Part shown: piece after piece, positions 9,401-22,849 of the stretch | Layout: every line of letters begins with the position of its first letter | Position numbering within the stretch: position 1 is the stretch's first letter | Assembly (NCBI RefSeq): GCF_040938485.1 | Contig: NW_027271662.1 | Span: forward strand, 496,001 to 560,000 | Reading direction: 5' to 3' | From: Diadema antillarum | Taxonomy: Eukaryota | Length of the DNA: 64,000 bases | Translations under genes and position numbers: made by a program | The notes under the pieces: model-generated | What the model saw: only the letters and a program-made list of their open reading frames with translations | What the model was told of the DNA's origin: nothing | Databases searched by the model: none

Positions 9401-10255
9401 GAACAGATGGGGAATGGCGTGGATTTCAAACTTTGCGCATACGGATGTGAAACTGGATGTACAAACTCACGTGAGGAGCAAAAATCATGTTCGCAGATAG
9501 CAAACTACATCGAGAGGGACCTTCAGACTGTCCATGGGTGACATACTGCAGCTGCATCATTATCATGCCAACAGTCAAAGAAGGGAACAGATTATCATCT
9601 GGACTATCGAAAGTTTATTTGTGATCCAAGTGATGTTCGCGTAAAGGAAGGATATTCCTATTTATATTACACATAAATATAGTAACTTTGCTTATTGTGC
9701 CAAGGTTAAGAATATCTTCCAGAATACGAGGGCGTCCTTCATATCTTCTCATTTTCATGAGCAAGAAACGACTACTCAGTATTCAAGAGGGGGAGGGGTC
9801 GGGGACATGGCATGGCAATAAATACCTCGAGCGCAGTTATCAATTATATGAATATAGCCCTGTTCGCAATGTACACATATCATGAACAGATCTCCAATCC
9901 GCTACACCGCTATTAGAGTACTGTGATGTGGTTTAGTGGACATGTCTACAGACTACTAACAGGGGCATCCTATGGGTTCGAATACTTTCCGCCGCACACA
10001 TCATTAGACAAGATGCTCTTACCCTTTATGCCCCTCTGACCAAGATGTACAGGTGGCTATACATATGTGTAGCATTCTTACTTTGGTAGTGGAGAGTGGC
10101 ACACACCCTGGGAGAACAGTGGTTATACGAAAGAGGCTACCAAAAAAAAAAAAAAAAAATCAAGAAAATTATGCTGAATCGTTATCATTGTCACTGTGAT
10201 TCTGTGAATACATTAAAAGCTCAACCAGTGTGTGCTTGCGTTGACGCATGCCGTA

Positions 10256-10261
10256 AATAAA
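10256..10261 (+). promoter_or_regulatory. Candidate polyadenylation signal of the SLC6 gene
   Basis: AATAAA about 860 nt after the stop codon. Not verifiable without transcripts. Confidence 0.35.
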
Positions 10262-10639
10262 AGTATATGCAAAGTACAAATACTCTGTGAATCTCCACCA
10301 AAAGAGTCACTGATGCCATATAGAACTGTATTCGTATATACCGGTATATCTTTTCAAACGTGATAATAATCATTGATCCGAATCATGATCTAAATCACCA
10401 TCAAAATACTAATCAACTTTTCCTATCATGACAATGGAACATATCCAGCAAAATTTCCACCACAATCCGTCCACAGTGTTATTCAAGTTGATCATCATTC
10501 CTAACAGTCAAGCAAGCAAGCAATCAAATAACGAACAAATAAGCGCCAGAAAAATAGAACCATAACTTCCTTCACGGAGGTAATGACGAAAGACTCACTG
10601 ACCAAGATTCCGTGAGCTGGTTCAATAGTTGTTGAATAG

Positions 10640-10931
10640 CCCTGCTGAAAAGAACACAGTGTCTCACAGTGTGAGAAACACAGTGTTAACACATTGGGAA
10701 CACAGTGTGAAATCTCTTCACAGTGTTAAATTCGAGCGTTTTAACAGTGTAAACACAATGTGAGTGATCAATTCACAGTGTGAAACAACGCATTACTATG
10801 TGATCACTCTGCGAAAACCACACCACAGTGTGAAATCGTCTTCACACTGTTAAATTCGAGCGTTTTCACATAGTCGACTGTGTGAACACACTGTGAAGAC
10901 AATGTTGGACACTGTGTTCTTTCCAGTACGG
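10640..10931. mobile_element. CACTA/EnSpm-like MITE with CACAGTGTG subrepeats
   Basis: TIR CCCTGCTGAAAAGAACACAGTGT vs CCGTACTGGAAAGAACACAGTGT (reverse complement), 2-bp AG duplication, many CACAGTG/CACTGTG motifs. Confidence 0.7.
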
Positions 10932-11560
10932 AGGTGCGTGAGCAAAAACAATAAATCCACCTGGTATGTGCATTCTAAGTTCCTCGTTTTGTTTTAATTT
11001 CAAAATGATTTCATTGCGAACGATACAATCTGGAACCGCAAAAAATCAACGACCGTCGATCGTAGAGACTTAGGCTTCAGAAATTTCAGACCACGTGCTT
11101 CAAACATGTTCATTATAAACGAGTTTCCTAGGCTTTTAATGACCAGAAGTATATCCTTTCATTTCTTTCTTTATTCGTTTTTTTTTCTTTTGCTCTTATG
11201 AGCAAGAGGTGGCAGGATAGTGGGGTTACGAAAAACATTCAAAGTTCGGTTTTATTTGTAGCTATTCTCAGTCTTACCGCCATTCATGTTGAATTCATAT
11301 CTTCATTGGCACGACAGTCAAGACTACAGGAACAAGTTTAGGTGTGGTTTATTTTGTTTCCAAAAACGTTTTCATCACATGGTTTAAGTATTGTGCGAAT
11401 TGAATTTTGTTTTCAGTGTTTGACATTTTGATAGAAATTCAATACTGTTTTTACGGTCCTTTGAATGTAACCTTGTATAGGCCTATATCATGAGAGTGAG
11501 AAATAAAGTTAGGATCAAATGACGATTTGCAACTAAAGACTCCTCCACACATAGAAACGG

Positions 11561-11824
11561 CACTCCAGCAAAAAAAAAAATCAAAAATCAAAAAAAAAAT
11601 CCGGGTCAGAACTGACCTGGAACTGGGTCCGTTGGGGTCGCACACCGTTCCGGGTCAGAAATGACGAGGAATGGGGTCAGATATGACCCCACCCAGAGTC
11701 ATGAATTGGGTCAGGGTGACCCCATTCTTCATGACCAAATTCCAAGTCATTTTTGATCCGGAACGGTGTGTGATCCCAACGGACCCAGTTCCGGGTCAGT
11801 TCTGACCCGGAATTTTTTAGAGTG
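11561..11824. mobile_element. CACTA/EnSpm-like palindromic MITE (CACTC...GAGTG)
   Basis: Long inverted arms (CCGGGTCAGAACTGACC...), CACTC/GAGTG termini, 2-bp GG duplication, A-rich expansion in the left TIR. Confidence 0.8.
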
Positions 11825-12104
11825 GGGCACATAATCATCAAAACGGGTTTTATTGAAAAAAAAAAGATTACTCAAATAATTATAATTCAAGAGTCTCATG
11901 CAATTAACAAAGACATTCAGATATCATTGTGATATATCAGTCGTCCACCTTGCATTATATGTAATTTTTGTATTGTCTCATGTATATCAAAATTCCAAAT
12001 TTATCCCCCCCCCCCAAAAAAAAAAAACAAAAAACAAAAACGCAACAACAACAACAACAACTGCCAAATCATTTTGTTTCTTTTCGCGTGTATGAGTATG
12101 CGGG

Positions 12105-12143
12105 TGTGTGTGCTTGGGTGCGTGGGTGCGTGCGTGTGCGTGT

Positions 12144-12189
<46 letters not shown>
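12105..12189. repeat. (GT)n microsatellite
   Basis: Direct reading. Confidence 0.95.
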
Positions 12190-12191
<2 letters not shown>

Positions 12192-14301
12192 CGAGAGAGA
12201 ATGATAGTGATGTGGGCACTGCATTATATTATGATGCTCATTATTTACCGTCCCTGGTGTAGCCTTGCTTCCAAACTGAGGTATATTATAGCAAAATCAG
12301 AAACGTTATAACTTCTGAACGGAATAGCCTTTCTCATGCTGTCGTTTTCATCACCTTTCATAGCTGTGACGTGTTTACTTTTTTATCTTTTTGTTACTTT
12401 TTTTGTCTTTGCTGCGACTTTCAACAGTGGGGCGTTTGAGTTCTACAATGCCCCCAAAGCAACCCCATTCGTGTGCATTTGCCCATTCATCAACATACGA
12501 ATTTGTTTCAACGGTATCTACACTCCCACCATATCACCTCAAATCTGCAAATTTTTGTATGTATGTATGTATGTATGTATGTATGAGGGTGTTTGTATGT
12601 GTTTGTATTGATTTTTTTTCGAATCGTGGTTGTATATTTATCTCTCTGATTTAGCACTAACAATGTACAGCAAGCGTTTGTAAGATTATACTCTATTTGA
12701 CTGTCTGCTGATATTCTGTTATGTGTACATCTTTTCTACCTGGTAATTCGCCAAGTCAGCTATCATATAATTGAAATCACAGTACTTTCTTTGATAATTT
12801 CATGTATTATTATCATGATGATTTTACTCTTTGTGCCTTGCATTCATGTATACGTACCTAAATCTTGTTTTCTGATTGAAAGAAAATATGCTAATATGGC
12901 AGAGGCATACATGACTATTCTTTACTCAGTGGAGATGTTAATGAATGAAATGAAATGAATGCTAAACGTAATGAATACAAAATTTAATGATAATAATTAT
13001 GTATATCTCTTAAGCCCCCGGCGTTAAGAATTTGTATCATACGTAGTTGTCTTTGTGTTTGAGATAGAGCTATCAAAATATGTACTTGAAATTAGAAAAT
13101 TATAATTATGATGTCGTTACTATATGAAGATGGTATCATGCAATGAGCTATAATAATTTTTGAGAATGTAGAGTTTTTCAGATTATAGTCCACATCAGGC
13201 GATATTCAGTAAAACGCCTCATGCGCCACATAACTTCTTCAGTGGTCAAGACTACATGCTCGTTAATTATATGGAAATTGTCATTAATAGACATCGGTGG
13301 ATTCTCTCGAAACAAAGTAACTCTCTGCCCACGATGGCACTATGGTACGTGGAGTGAAAGAAATCAATTTATTGATATTTTTTCGTGATTCTTGGTGTTT
13401 AATGTTTTATGTTTGTGTAATGACTACATGTCAGCATCACAGATACTTTTTTTTTATATTTAGCTATACATTATATTCTTAATTTATATAAACATTCCTT
13501 AAATCCTTTGTACATCACTGTCTTGTGTGCCTATCGGAAAAGCTGCTGTATTATAACTTGTACAATTTTGTATGAAATTGCTTGAGATTTTTGACGAAAT
13601 TGAAATCAGTTGTACAATGATATTTGAAAAAAAAAAGAATAATAAAATCCAATCCAAAAGTCCTAAATCTATTTACTTGTGAATCATTGTAAAATATATT
13701 TTTGTGTGTGCATGCTTTTTCGGTGTAAATTCGAACTCGGAAAGCACACATTCTGTTTAGAAGAGTGTCAGGATGACGTGATAATAATATGTACCTGATA
13801 AATCACAATGCAATGATGAATGATTACTCATCGGGGAAGCTTACGTCAGCTTTCTATTTACGGTTATTTTCGTGTAACAATCTGATATATCGAACGAATG
13901 TCGATAATGACACGAGTTGGCAGCATACAGTGGCTGGCATACCATATTCGTTTCTCACAGCTGAACCTGAAGATGGCTCTTTTAGATGATATTGTGGTGA
14001 ACGCCAAGCTCACGTGTTGCCAGTTATTACACATATAAGCGAAATTTTGCAGCTACTGATAGTATACTATCTGTATTTGGGTACAGTATCAATCAGCTCA
14101 CGGTCCTAAGCTAGTCTTCAGGACCGAGGTATGGCAGAATTCAAAGAAAAAATGTAATGTTGTACCAAACCAACAGCAACGAATCAAAACGAGGTCGTCC
14201 GCAATCTAAATGACACAAATATCATGACAACTGTAAGTGAGGAGACTCTCACTCCATCCCCTCCCTCTCTATCCCTCTTCGCTCTTCATGATTGAATTCA
14301 A

Positions 14302-14362
14302 ATAATTTATAGTTATCGGTTTACATTGAAAAAGATGAGCACAAATTGTTGTAGATAATATT

Positions 14363-14412
<50 letters not shown>

Positions 14413-14462
14413 TTATAGTTATCGGTTTACATTGAAAAAGATATGAACAGAAATTATTGTAT

Positions 14463-14518
<56 letters not shown>
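14302..14518. repeat. Tandem duplication of a 35-nt unit, each copy followed by a (TA)n tract
   Basis: ATAATTTATAGTTATCGGTTTACATTGAAAAAGAT at 14302-14336 and 14408-14442. Confidence 0.9.
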
Positions 14519-14522
<4 letters not shown>

Positions 14523-14579
14523 AGTTGAAAGGTTGGTCCGTCGGGTATTCGAGCTTGGGTCTGCCTGAATCGCTATGAC

Positions 14580-14651
14580 GTCTCCGTGGCCGAGCGGTTA
14601 AGGCGTTGGCGTTCCATGCCAAAGACCCGGGTTCGATTCCCGGCGGAGACC
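14580..14651 (+). tRNA. tRNA-like element (TCC anticodon, atypical; probably pseudo-tRNA or retroelement Pol III cassette)
   Basis: Acceptor stem GTCTCCG/CGGAGAC, D-arm GCCGAGCGGTTAAGGC, anticodon stem TTGGC/GCCAA, T-arm CCGGG-TTCGATT-CCCGG, A and B boxes, TTTT a few nt downstream. G at position 32 and a C discriminator are non-canonical. Confidence 0.7.
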
Positions 14652-14748
14652 AAATTTTCAACTCTTGCTCTTTTCCAAAAAGGAGGAACAGTAAGAGGAC
14701 TAACGATGTCAAAGCTACGCACCGATTTCTCCTTCCTTCCTCATATCT

Positions 14749-14798
<50 letters not shown>

Positions 14799-14800
14799 TA

Positions 14801-14921
14801 TATCGACCAATTATCATAAAAACTATTGTATCATGATATATATGAGTCTAATGCCATTTAAGGTTCTTTTTTATCACATATATATTATGATACAATAGTT
14901 TTTTATGACAATTGGTCGATA
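14801..14921. repeat. Inverted repeat (~44-bp arms, 32-nt spacer) abutting (TA)n
   Basis: TATCGACCAATTATCATAAAAACTATTGTATCA... pairs with ...TGATACAATAGTTTTTTATGACAATTGGTCGATA. Confidence 0.85.
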
Positions 14922-15660
14922 ATGAAATTACGAATAATGTTTAACGAATGTTAGAGAAGAATAATTTTTTATATAACTTTCATTCATTATTTCTTTTTTT
15001 ACATTTCCAACAGAAACACATTGTACTTTACAGAAATCGAGTTCATAAATCAACATTACAATATACAATCAATGATAATCTAAGTAGATATTATATCATA
15101 GTTTTTGTACATTATTTTGTAACGAAAATATGAAAGCAAAAACAAGCAAACAGTAACACAGAAACTTCATTAGCATGATAATAGGACTTTTCGTCAACGG
15201 CTTTCTCATCTCCGTATGTTTCTTGGACTCGTTTGCTAACGGCGTGCTCAGCACAGCTTTGTACAGCTTAACACTTCACGTAGTGTTAACCCTCACAAAG
15301 CTAGTTCGCTATCACATGTTTGAAACTTTCAGTGAGATTATCCCACTTCTGTGAAAGGGTGAGATTAGATGGAGGGGGATAAGCTTAATGCAAGCCTGTA
15401 AATAGCGAGGACAAGGGGGATCAAAATGACTGATATTACACACTTGAAAAGTAGCGCCTATAGGCAAGAGCTTTGCATCAAGAAAATAGCAAACAACAAC
15501 AACAACAACAAAAGTCTGATATTTTATTAGATAAGGTGTGTTTGCACATTTTTACGTATGGAACCTTGGCATAATCTGTCATGGACATCTTTGGTTTATC
15601 ATTCGTGACTATTTCACATCAATGACGTCAAAATTCTTCAGTTAGAAGATAAAAATGAAG

Positions 15661-15661
<1 letters not shown>

Positions 15662-15730
<69 letters not shown>
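15662..15730. repeat. (CA)n microsatellite
   Basis: Direct reading. Confidence 0.95.
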
Positions 15731-15735
<5 letters not shown>

Positions 15736-15930
15736 CAGATTTCAGGGATTAACAAGCTCATCATTATACATTGGATAATACGAATTGTGCATGCCTGATG
15801 GTAATGATGCCCGCAGTAGTGTTCTGAACTTAGTCTTTTTCGGAAGAAGCTGAAATTACGGATATGCTAATATCTTTACGTGCTAATGATACTGAGAATA
15901 ATGAATTCAGATAAAAAATATATTAGTCAA

Positions 15931-16006
15931 GCCAGTTGCCAGTTGCCAGTTGCCAGTTGCCAGTTGCCAGTTGCCAGTTGCCATTTGCCAGTTGCCAGTT
16001 GCCAGT
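15931..16006. repeat. (GCCAGTT)n heptamer tandem repeat, about 11 units
   Basis: Direct reading; one variant unit GCCATTT. Confidence 0.95.
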
Positions 16007-19000
16007 CATACATTTTTAGATTCACACAAAGTCATCATATTTGACTGTATCAGACATTTTTTAATATTACATAATTGACAATTTTTTGTTTTGATATCAC
16101 CTGATTTGTCACTTTGACCAGAACTACTCTAGTTAATTGTTGTTGCCGGTGGATTTTGCCTGTAGAGCGATTAATCCACCGAAGAGCTGTGAAAATACAA
16201 CCGTATAACATGTGTAAGGCTACTTCTTTAAGCGCTCGACGCCATGCATCCACGTTTTTTTACCGGTAACCAAGTTGAGTAACACAACGTAATGAGGAGA
16301 AATGTAATTTCCTGCCCCAAACAACAAAAACATAAGTGGCCTTTGAGCTGGAATTTAAAGTAACATTTAATTCTGTATTAAAGTAACATTCAATTCTGTA
16401 TTAATGTTTACTTAAATGCAGTGATGTGAAGCAAATACAATAACGGAAAGTTCAGTAAAAAAAAAAAAAAATCCGAAAGATATGCAAAAAGTGAAATCCT
16501 CACGTATTCACTAAACAGTGACTGAAAAAAAATGGTAAATCGACCCTAAAGTGATAATAAATCTATATTGTATTTGTATGATATGATGAGGCCAAAATGC
16601 AAGAGTTTTGTGGCCATGGCATCACTACCTCATCTGCCTTGCATTTTAATTGCCATGGGGAGCTTCTATTCCTCCCTCTTAAAGATATGTACTGCTTTAC
16701 CGTTCCAAAATTTTCTTGGACTTTGTCCGATTCTATGGGTATGCTTTTTTATTACCATATAGGTTGTTCTTTTTTTTTTTAATTTGCCGTTCGTCTTTCA
16801 TTGACGTCAACCAACATGTAAGCTTCGCTTCAAAACGGTAGTGACCGTGCTAGAAGCCTCCAAGGTTTTGTCAAGACAGCCCAGGGCAACAGAACATGCA
16901 AATGAGCCAAGTTTCATCTCCAGCTACCTCAGAACTTGGCGAAGAAAATGACAATTGCTGGCATTTAATCTTTTTTTAATCTTGCGGTGCATATCAGTGC
17001 TTGATAAATGTTGTATACCAATTAATGAATGGTGTTGTGTTCATCTTTTCTTTTCTTTTTCTTTTTCTTTGGATATATCACCTATAGTGTTACATAAGGA
17101 GTGTAATCTTTGTCTTTATATCGTCTTTATTTTGCTTTTTTTTTACACATTATGTGTCTACATTATAAAGCAGTCCGGGCCCCGACGAGGCATTCCAATT
17201 TAAGAGAGAGACTATAATATATGCCTATGATAAGAGTGCACTTTTCTGACACGGTTCATTTCTATCACATGAAATGAAAATACACACTTTAATCAGAGAT
17301 TGGTCTACGCACGTTTGTCGAATCTGGGTGGCAAGCATTCGTCATCAACACAGGTCATAATAATACCATCTCATGGGGGACTATTCATTATGCAGATAAA
17401 AAAGGTATGCGATATATACATACAACTCACGATATCTCTTAGAGGAGAACTTCCTGATAACCTAACGCAGGAATCACCATTTTAACACGATCCACATTGA
17501 AAAGCTTTTGTGAAAGTTACAAATGATCAAGCTATCACGAAGAAACTGACTGACTGATCAGTTAGAAGCAACATGAACTTCTTTTCACTGATATATTATA
17601 ATGTTCTCCATGCGCTGAACTATTTTTGTCTGAAGCAGGTGCGTCTACACGTCTAATGTCTCTCGTTCTGTGTTCGTCGTATAAAATATGATTAGATCAT
17701 AATTACGACCCCTTTAAGTGAGGATTACTGCTTGTGAACATTTTTTTTTCTGCAACTCGCTGTCACGCCGAGCGCTTAGAGGCCAAAGAAGGTTCTCAGT
17801 TACAACACCGACTTGTGTCAGTCTAGTGCTCACAAGTTCAATTCCTTTCAGCAAATCCTATTTCAGTTTTAAAGGTGGCAATCCTGTATACCAACTTGTC
17901 ACTCGAATTTTGCACCTTCTGATTGTATCATAAATAATCGATTAAACATCTTCGGGGAAAAAAATTGATGCTGACCATGGAGTTTCACAAGGACTCATCG
18001 AGTGAAGTCCAAAAGGGTCGGCATTCGCGATATTCGTGGAATCAAACGGTGTAGTACTTCCTAGTGAAAGTTGGCGAAGACAGTGTGAAGCTCGAAAGAG
18101 GTTTGAGTGAGGGTGAGGAGCCCTTGGGTGATCTTAGAGCGCTACATATTGGCACTTGGATGTCAGCTATCTGGGACATGGATCCGTGCTGGCACCTTGC
18201 GATGCACCACTTATAGTCGAGAAAAGAACTCAGATCAAACACAGCTGTGAATCGTTTGACTCGGTAAATGTCCTCATGGGAAGAACGAATCTTCGTTGAA
18301 GAAAAAGGCGAGTTTGGGGAATTCATGGAAACTTGGCGCACCTAGGGCGATATCCGAGGGATCTTAATTCTTTTCTTTATCACTTCTCAACTTTGTTTTG
18401 GCATTGTTATTCTTTTTATACATATAAGTTGGGCTTGCATCATGCTAACGTATGTTGGCTTCCAGCGTCAGCAGAAGACGTTCTTCGAATGCTAATAGCA
18501 AGATATGTCACTGCAATCGCCGAGCAAGTAATTCGTATGCCCTGGACGCTATCAAATATTGACATCTCCCTTCTCATTCTCCTTACTTGCGACCGTGTTC
18601 CATCCACATACATATTGTTTCCATAGCGACTGGAGAACGAAAAGTGAGAGCACTGAAGAAGTGCGTCTAGAGGAGGAGTTCGACTTCGGCGAAAGGTTGG
18701 GAATAGCAGAGGCAACCATTTCAGAAACCAATTGGTAAGTTTTTTTATCTTATGTAATGCTTGTCAATATTACACCAGAAATAATTATATCAAATGAATC
18801 TGGTGGTATGCAAGAGACCTGTGATCGCTGCATTTGCCAGGGACGTGTGATTTTTTTGTTGTTGATTGTTTGACGTTAAAACTGGAGGAAACATAATACG
18901 TTTGGTCTTTACATATAGATTTCTAAATGAATGAGAGGAATACGTCGTGGTATCGGATGCGTTTTTCGTCGATTAAAGCAACATACATGTATTATATCTG

Positions 19001-21373
19001 CCTTCTTCTCCTGTTAAAAACAGAAAACATAGTCCAGAATTTAGTAGTCCTCTTCAACCAATCATCTCAATCACCACCAAAATACCTTCACACTATGGCT
19101 GGGACATCAGGGTAACGTTGTCAAAGTTCAATTTAAAGAATCTTGTTGCCTCCAAGGCACTGTATCATCTCGGAGCAGATGAAGTTTCAGGCATCGTTGA
19201 ATTTTTGATAGATATGCTTGTAGCGAAGACAGAGCAGATTTGAAGGTATACATTTAGTAGAAATTAAAACATGCGTGCGAATGGCTGGATTAATGAATGT
19301 GTCTTTGAATAAACGACAATATAAAAAAAAAAATGACTGGAACGTATAAAACAACCTTAACAGCGTTTAGGAATTATCAATGAATTCACGCATATACCTG
19401 TCGATTGGGCGGTTCTTTTATAAATTCTCATTTTCGGTAATTAAAAAAAAAAAGTTATTGTTCACAATGTAACATATCAATGGTCTGGTTTGTAATAGAC
19501 TCTATTTCCTCTAACAGTCTTAACAATAGCATATCTATCAAAATAGGGAAGAGATGTTTCTTCATCAGTATAAGGAAGAAGTTTGTGTTCAATCACTTAA
19601 GAGCAAAATGTAGGACACATTAACCCTTAGGGTGTATGTATATCATGTATCTATATATAGGTATCATACACCGTGAACGACACTGCATTGTACTGAGCAA
19701 GCGAGTGGTTTCCTTACTCGCACCCCCACTGTCATTTTATTAGCTCGATTCCTTAGAAACCTTACTAATCTGTTACATGATGCATTATATTGAGCTTTAG
19801 AGTGACAGGCATTTCGAGACATCAACTCCCTTCCCTGTCACGCAGTCTCGCCTACGGAGTTCGCTGCGGCTAGACCTTCGATGCGTCAATCATATCAACG
19901 TGATGAAACGTGTACAAAAATATCATTCCCCCATCCCCCCCCCCCCCCCGCCCCCGTTCCCAATTTCATCTTTTACAGCCCAAGTTCAGCTGTTCTTCTT
20001 CACGTTGCTGGATAATGCATTTTTATCCGGAACGAATAGAAACAACTTAAAGGTGCAGACAACACTCTTACAGTGCACACGTTACAGCAAGGAACAGAAA
20101 AGAAGAATGCTGACATTATTAATGTAAATATATGCAACCGTTGTTGTGAGATATTAGATTCTCAAAGAATATTGCTAACTGATTTATCAAACTGAACACA
20201 GATTGGAAGTTCTTGAAAGAAGATTAGCCAGTTACCCAGACACATGTACACATCAGTGAGGAGGGAAATATCTAAAATACAAAACGACCACTGTCCTCAA
20301 CCCTCATGATACCATTTCTAAGCGAATCCTCTCTTAGTCATGCTTACGAAAGTAGAAAAAAAATAACTGCAAAATATACAGTTCAAAACACGGTTTGCCC
20401 TTGCTCAGATTGTAGCGTGCGAACCGCAGGGTACACTATAGCAGAAAAGTTGTTGTCAGGTTCATGCATGCAACACGTAGAGGCACAAGGGTGGTCTACA
20501 GAGTTCTGATTGACTCTACTAATGGAAAATATAGTTATAGAGGCTAGGAATGATCGTAATCATTTAATTTTGTCTAGATACACTCCATCTTCAAGTATTT
20601 CATCAACCTTTTGCTTTTCTTCCATTTTCGAAGTACCTCCCAAACTCCTCTTATTCTGTTCATAGATATTACACGCGACTTTATTTTACTGCTGCCATTG
20701 CGCCCTCAGCTTTGAAAGTCTGCGCTCTTTCTGCGAAATTATGCTGTTTAGTCTCAGGCACATTATGCATAATGATACAAAGCGATAATGTCATCGCCTT
20801 AAAACTGTACTTCGGGGAGGGGGGGGGGTGCACAAAGGTACTAGAAAATCGTTCTCATTAAAAACGCTACCTGTAAGACCATATCTTATACAAAGCAGCC
20901 GCTTATTAAAACTTATTACAACTTTAGAATAATTATGGTGCTTTTTTTTACAACGAATTCAAATGTAAAAAATTACATTCCTAGTGAAGATTTATGTGCA
21001 AGCGAATAAGAGACTTACGGGGCTACGGCACCACCTAATCTACTTTGCATTTATGATGGATTTTGACCGATATTTCTGTTTTTGTGGAATGTGTACGTGT
21101 CAGTCATTGTTCCACAACTTCCTTAATAATGTACCATCACCGTTATATATCTGGTATACCTAGATTTTACTTGTAGACCTTTCTATTAAGATCAAGTTGC
21201 AAATAGAGCGGATATTAAACGAATATCTGTTGGGGAGCCTGGGTGTGGTAGTAAATTGGTACACAATTTTAGTTGTGTTATAGAAATATTGATTGAGTAT
21301 TATTATAATTGTACCAGCAACGAAACTTACACAAAAACAGCAATCAAAAAAAATTAACTTTAATCTGCCTTAA

Positions 21374-22171
21374 CCCTAACTGCACCGGGGGGGGGGGGGG
21401 GGGGGGGGGGCCCCCCCCCCCCCCCTCCTCCATCTTTTGGCCATTGCATCGCGATCGCTGGGAATTTCGGAATCTCGCTTCATGACTTTTTCCCCTGAAG
21501 TCTTGCGCACATTTTGATACCACATTTGTCCATATCGGACCTACCTATCGGGTGTTATGGGCCAATTAGTATGCGCATGTCATTAAAACGGCTAATCGCT
21601 GCATATATTTGTGTACAGGTACATACTGTCAATAGACCATGGCTTGCATTACTTTATAAATTTTGCTCAGGAATTGGTTTTCCACTTGGTTCATGCTTCT
21701 ATATTGTTCTGAAATAAATTAGGCAAAGTTTAGAAACAATGATATACATAAGGAATATAAAACAATAGAAAACCTAAGAAATAAAAACAATACAAAACAT
21801 AACAAAAAAGTTGTTTTTTTCTCGTTTTTTTTTTCTCTCTCTAATTTATTTCACATTTGGGAAACATTATTCTTCATTATTACACAGTTTTCATGTAATT
21901 TTGTACTTGTTTAGGCTGAAATTATGAAAATTTTCCCCAAATGCATAAAATACGCATTATGAATAATTGATTAGCTAATTATGCAAAAATTTTGCATAAT
22001 TGATTAAAATAAATTACACCATCAGATTCAGCACGCGAAGATCTATCAGCATGCAAATTTTCAAGTTCATCGGACATTGCGTTTCCGAGATCAATGGGGG
22101 GGGGGGGGGCCTCCCAGGCCCCCCCCCCCCCCAGTATTTTCATGGAGCCAAATATCCCAGTACAGTTAGGG
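21374..22171. mobile_element. piggyBac-like non-autonomous element (TTAA TSD)
   Basis: TTAA|CCCTAACTGCACCGGG ... CCCAGTACAGTTAGGG|TTAA, with G/C homopolymer blocks inside both ends. Confidence 0.85.
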
Positions 22172-22232
22172 TTAAATACACAATAATTATTCATCCAATA
22201 TCAGAAGTTTACAGGCGTTACCTTGTTATCTT

Positions 22233-22710
22233 GGGTGCACGTGATGAGCTCGACACCCTCGAGTCATACAGCCCATGAGTCATACATCCCATGAGTTATA
22301 CAGCTCACGAGTCAGACAGACAATAAGTGAACAAGGCCCACGAGCCCGACACCAACTAAAAAAGACCCACGAGCTATACAGTCCACGAGCTAGACATCAT
22401 GCAAATTGGTCCATGAGCTTGTAACTAGTCAAATGAGGCCCATGAGCTCCACCGTAAAGGCAAGAAAGGCCCACAAGCTCGACATTACAGCACGGAGCAT
22501 AACGTATGCAGTGTCGACCTCATGGGCCTTATAAACCTAGTGTCAAGCTCATGGGCCTCATTTGCCTGCCTCTTAGGTCTGTTTTTCTTAGCTTCTAGCC
22601 AGTGGGCCTGTTTTACATGCTGTCGTGCGCTGTATGGATCGTGGACCATTTTTCATTGTCTATAGCTCGTGGGCTGTATGACTCGTGGGTGTCGAGCTCT
22701 TGGGCTAACC
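22233..22710. mobile_element. Foldback-like MITE, family A copy 3 (inverted orientation, more diverged)
   Basis: Starts GGGTGCACGTGATGAGCTCGACACCC; same subrepeats as copies 1 and 2. Confidence 0.7.
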
Positions 22711-22849
22711 ACGTTATCTTTGCTCTCGACGGCTTGACGTTGGCATCAATGAAATGCTCGCAAATCCTACAGACAAATTATGATATCAACATGCAATAAA
22801 TTTGAATACACTTCAATCATATTTACATTGACCTGTGTAACATAGGGTA

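Noticed and set aside
10142-10159. A18 run in the putative 3' UTR
   Set aside because: Genomic homopolymer with no TSD or upstream AATAAA; more likely an internal-priming site than a retrocopy tail.
11968-12262. Several Val/Cys- and Thr/His-repeat ORFs
   Set aside because: Translations of (GT)n/(CA)n microsatellites; likewise at 32711-33054, 33829-34072 and 36058-36742.
14464-14836. ORFs overlapping the tRNA-like element
   Set aside because: Made of TA/CA repeats and the tRNA-like sequence; no coding signal.
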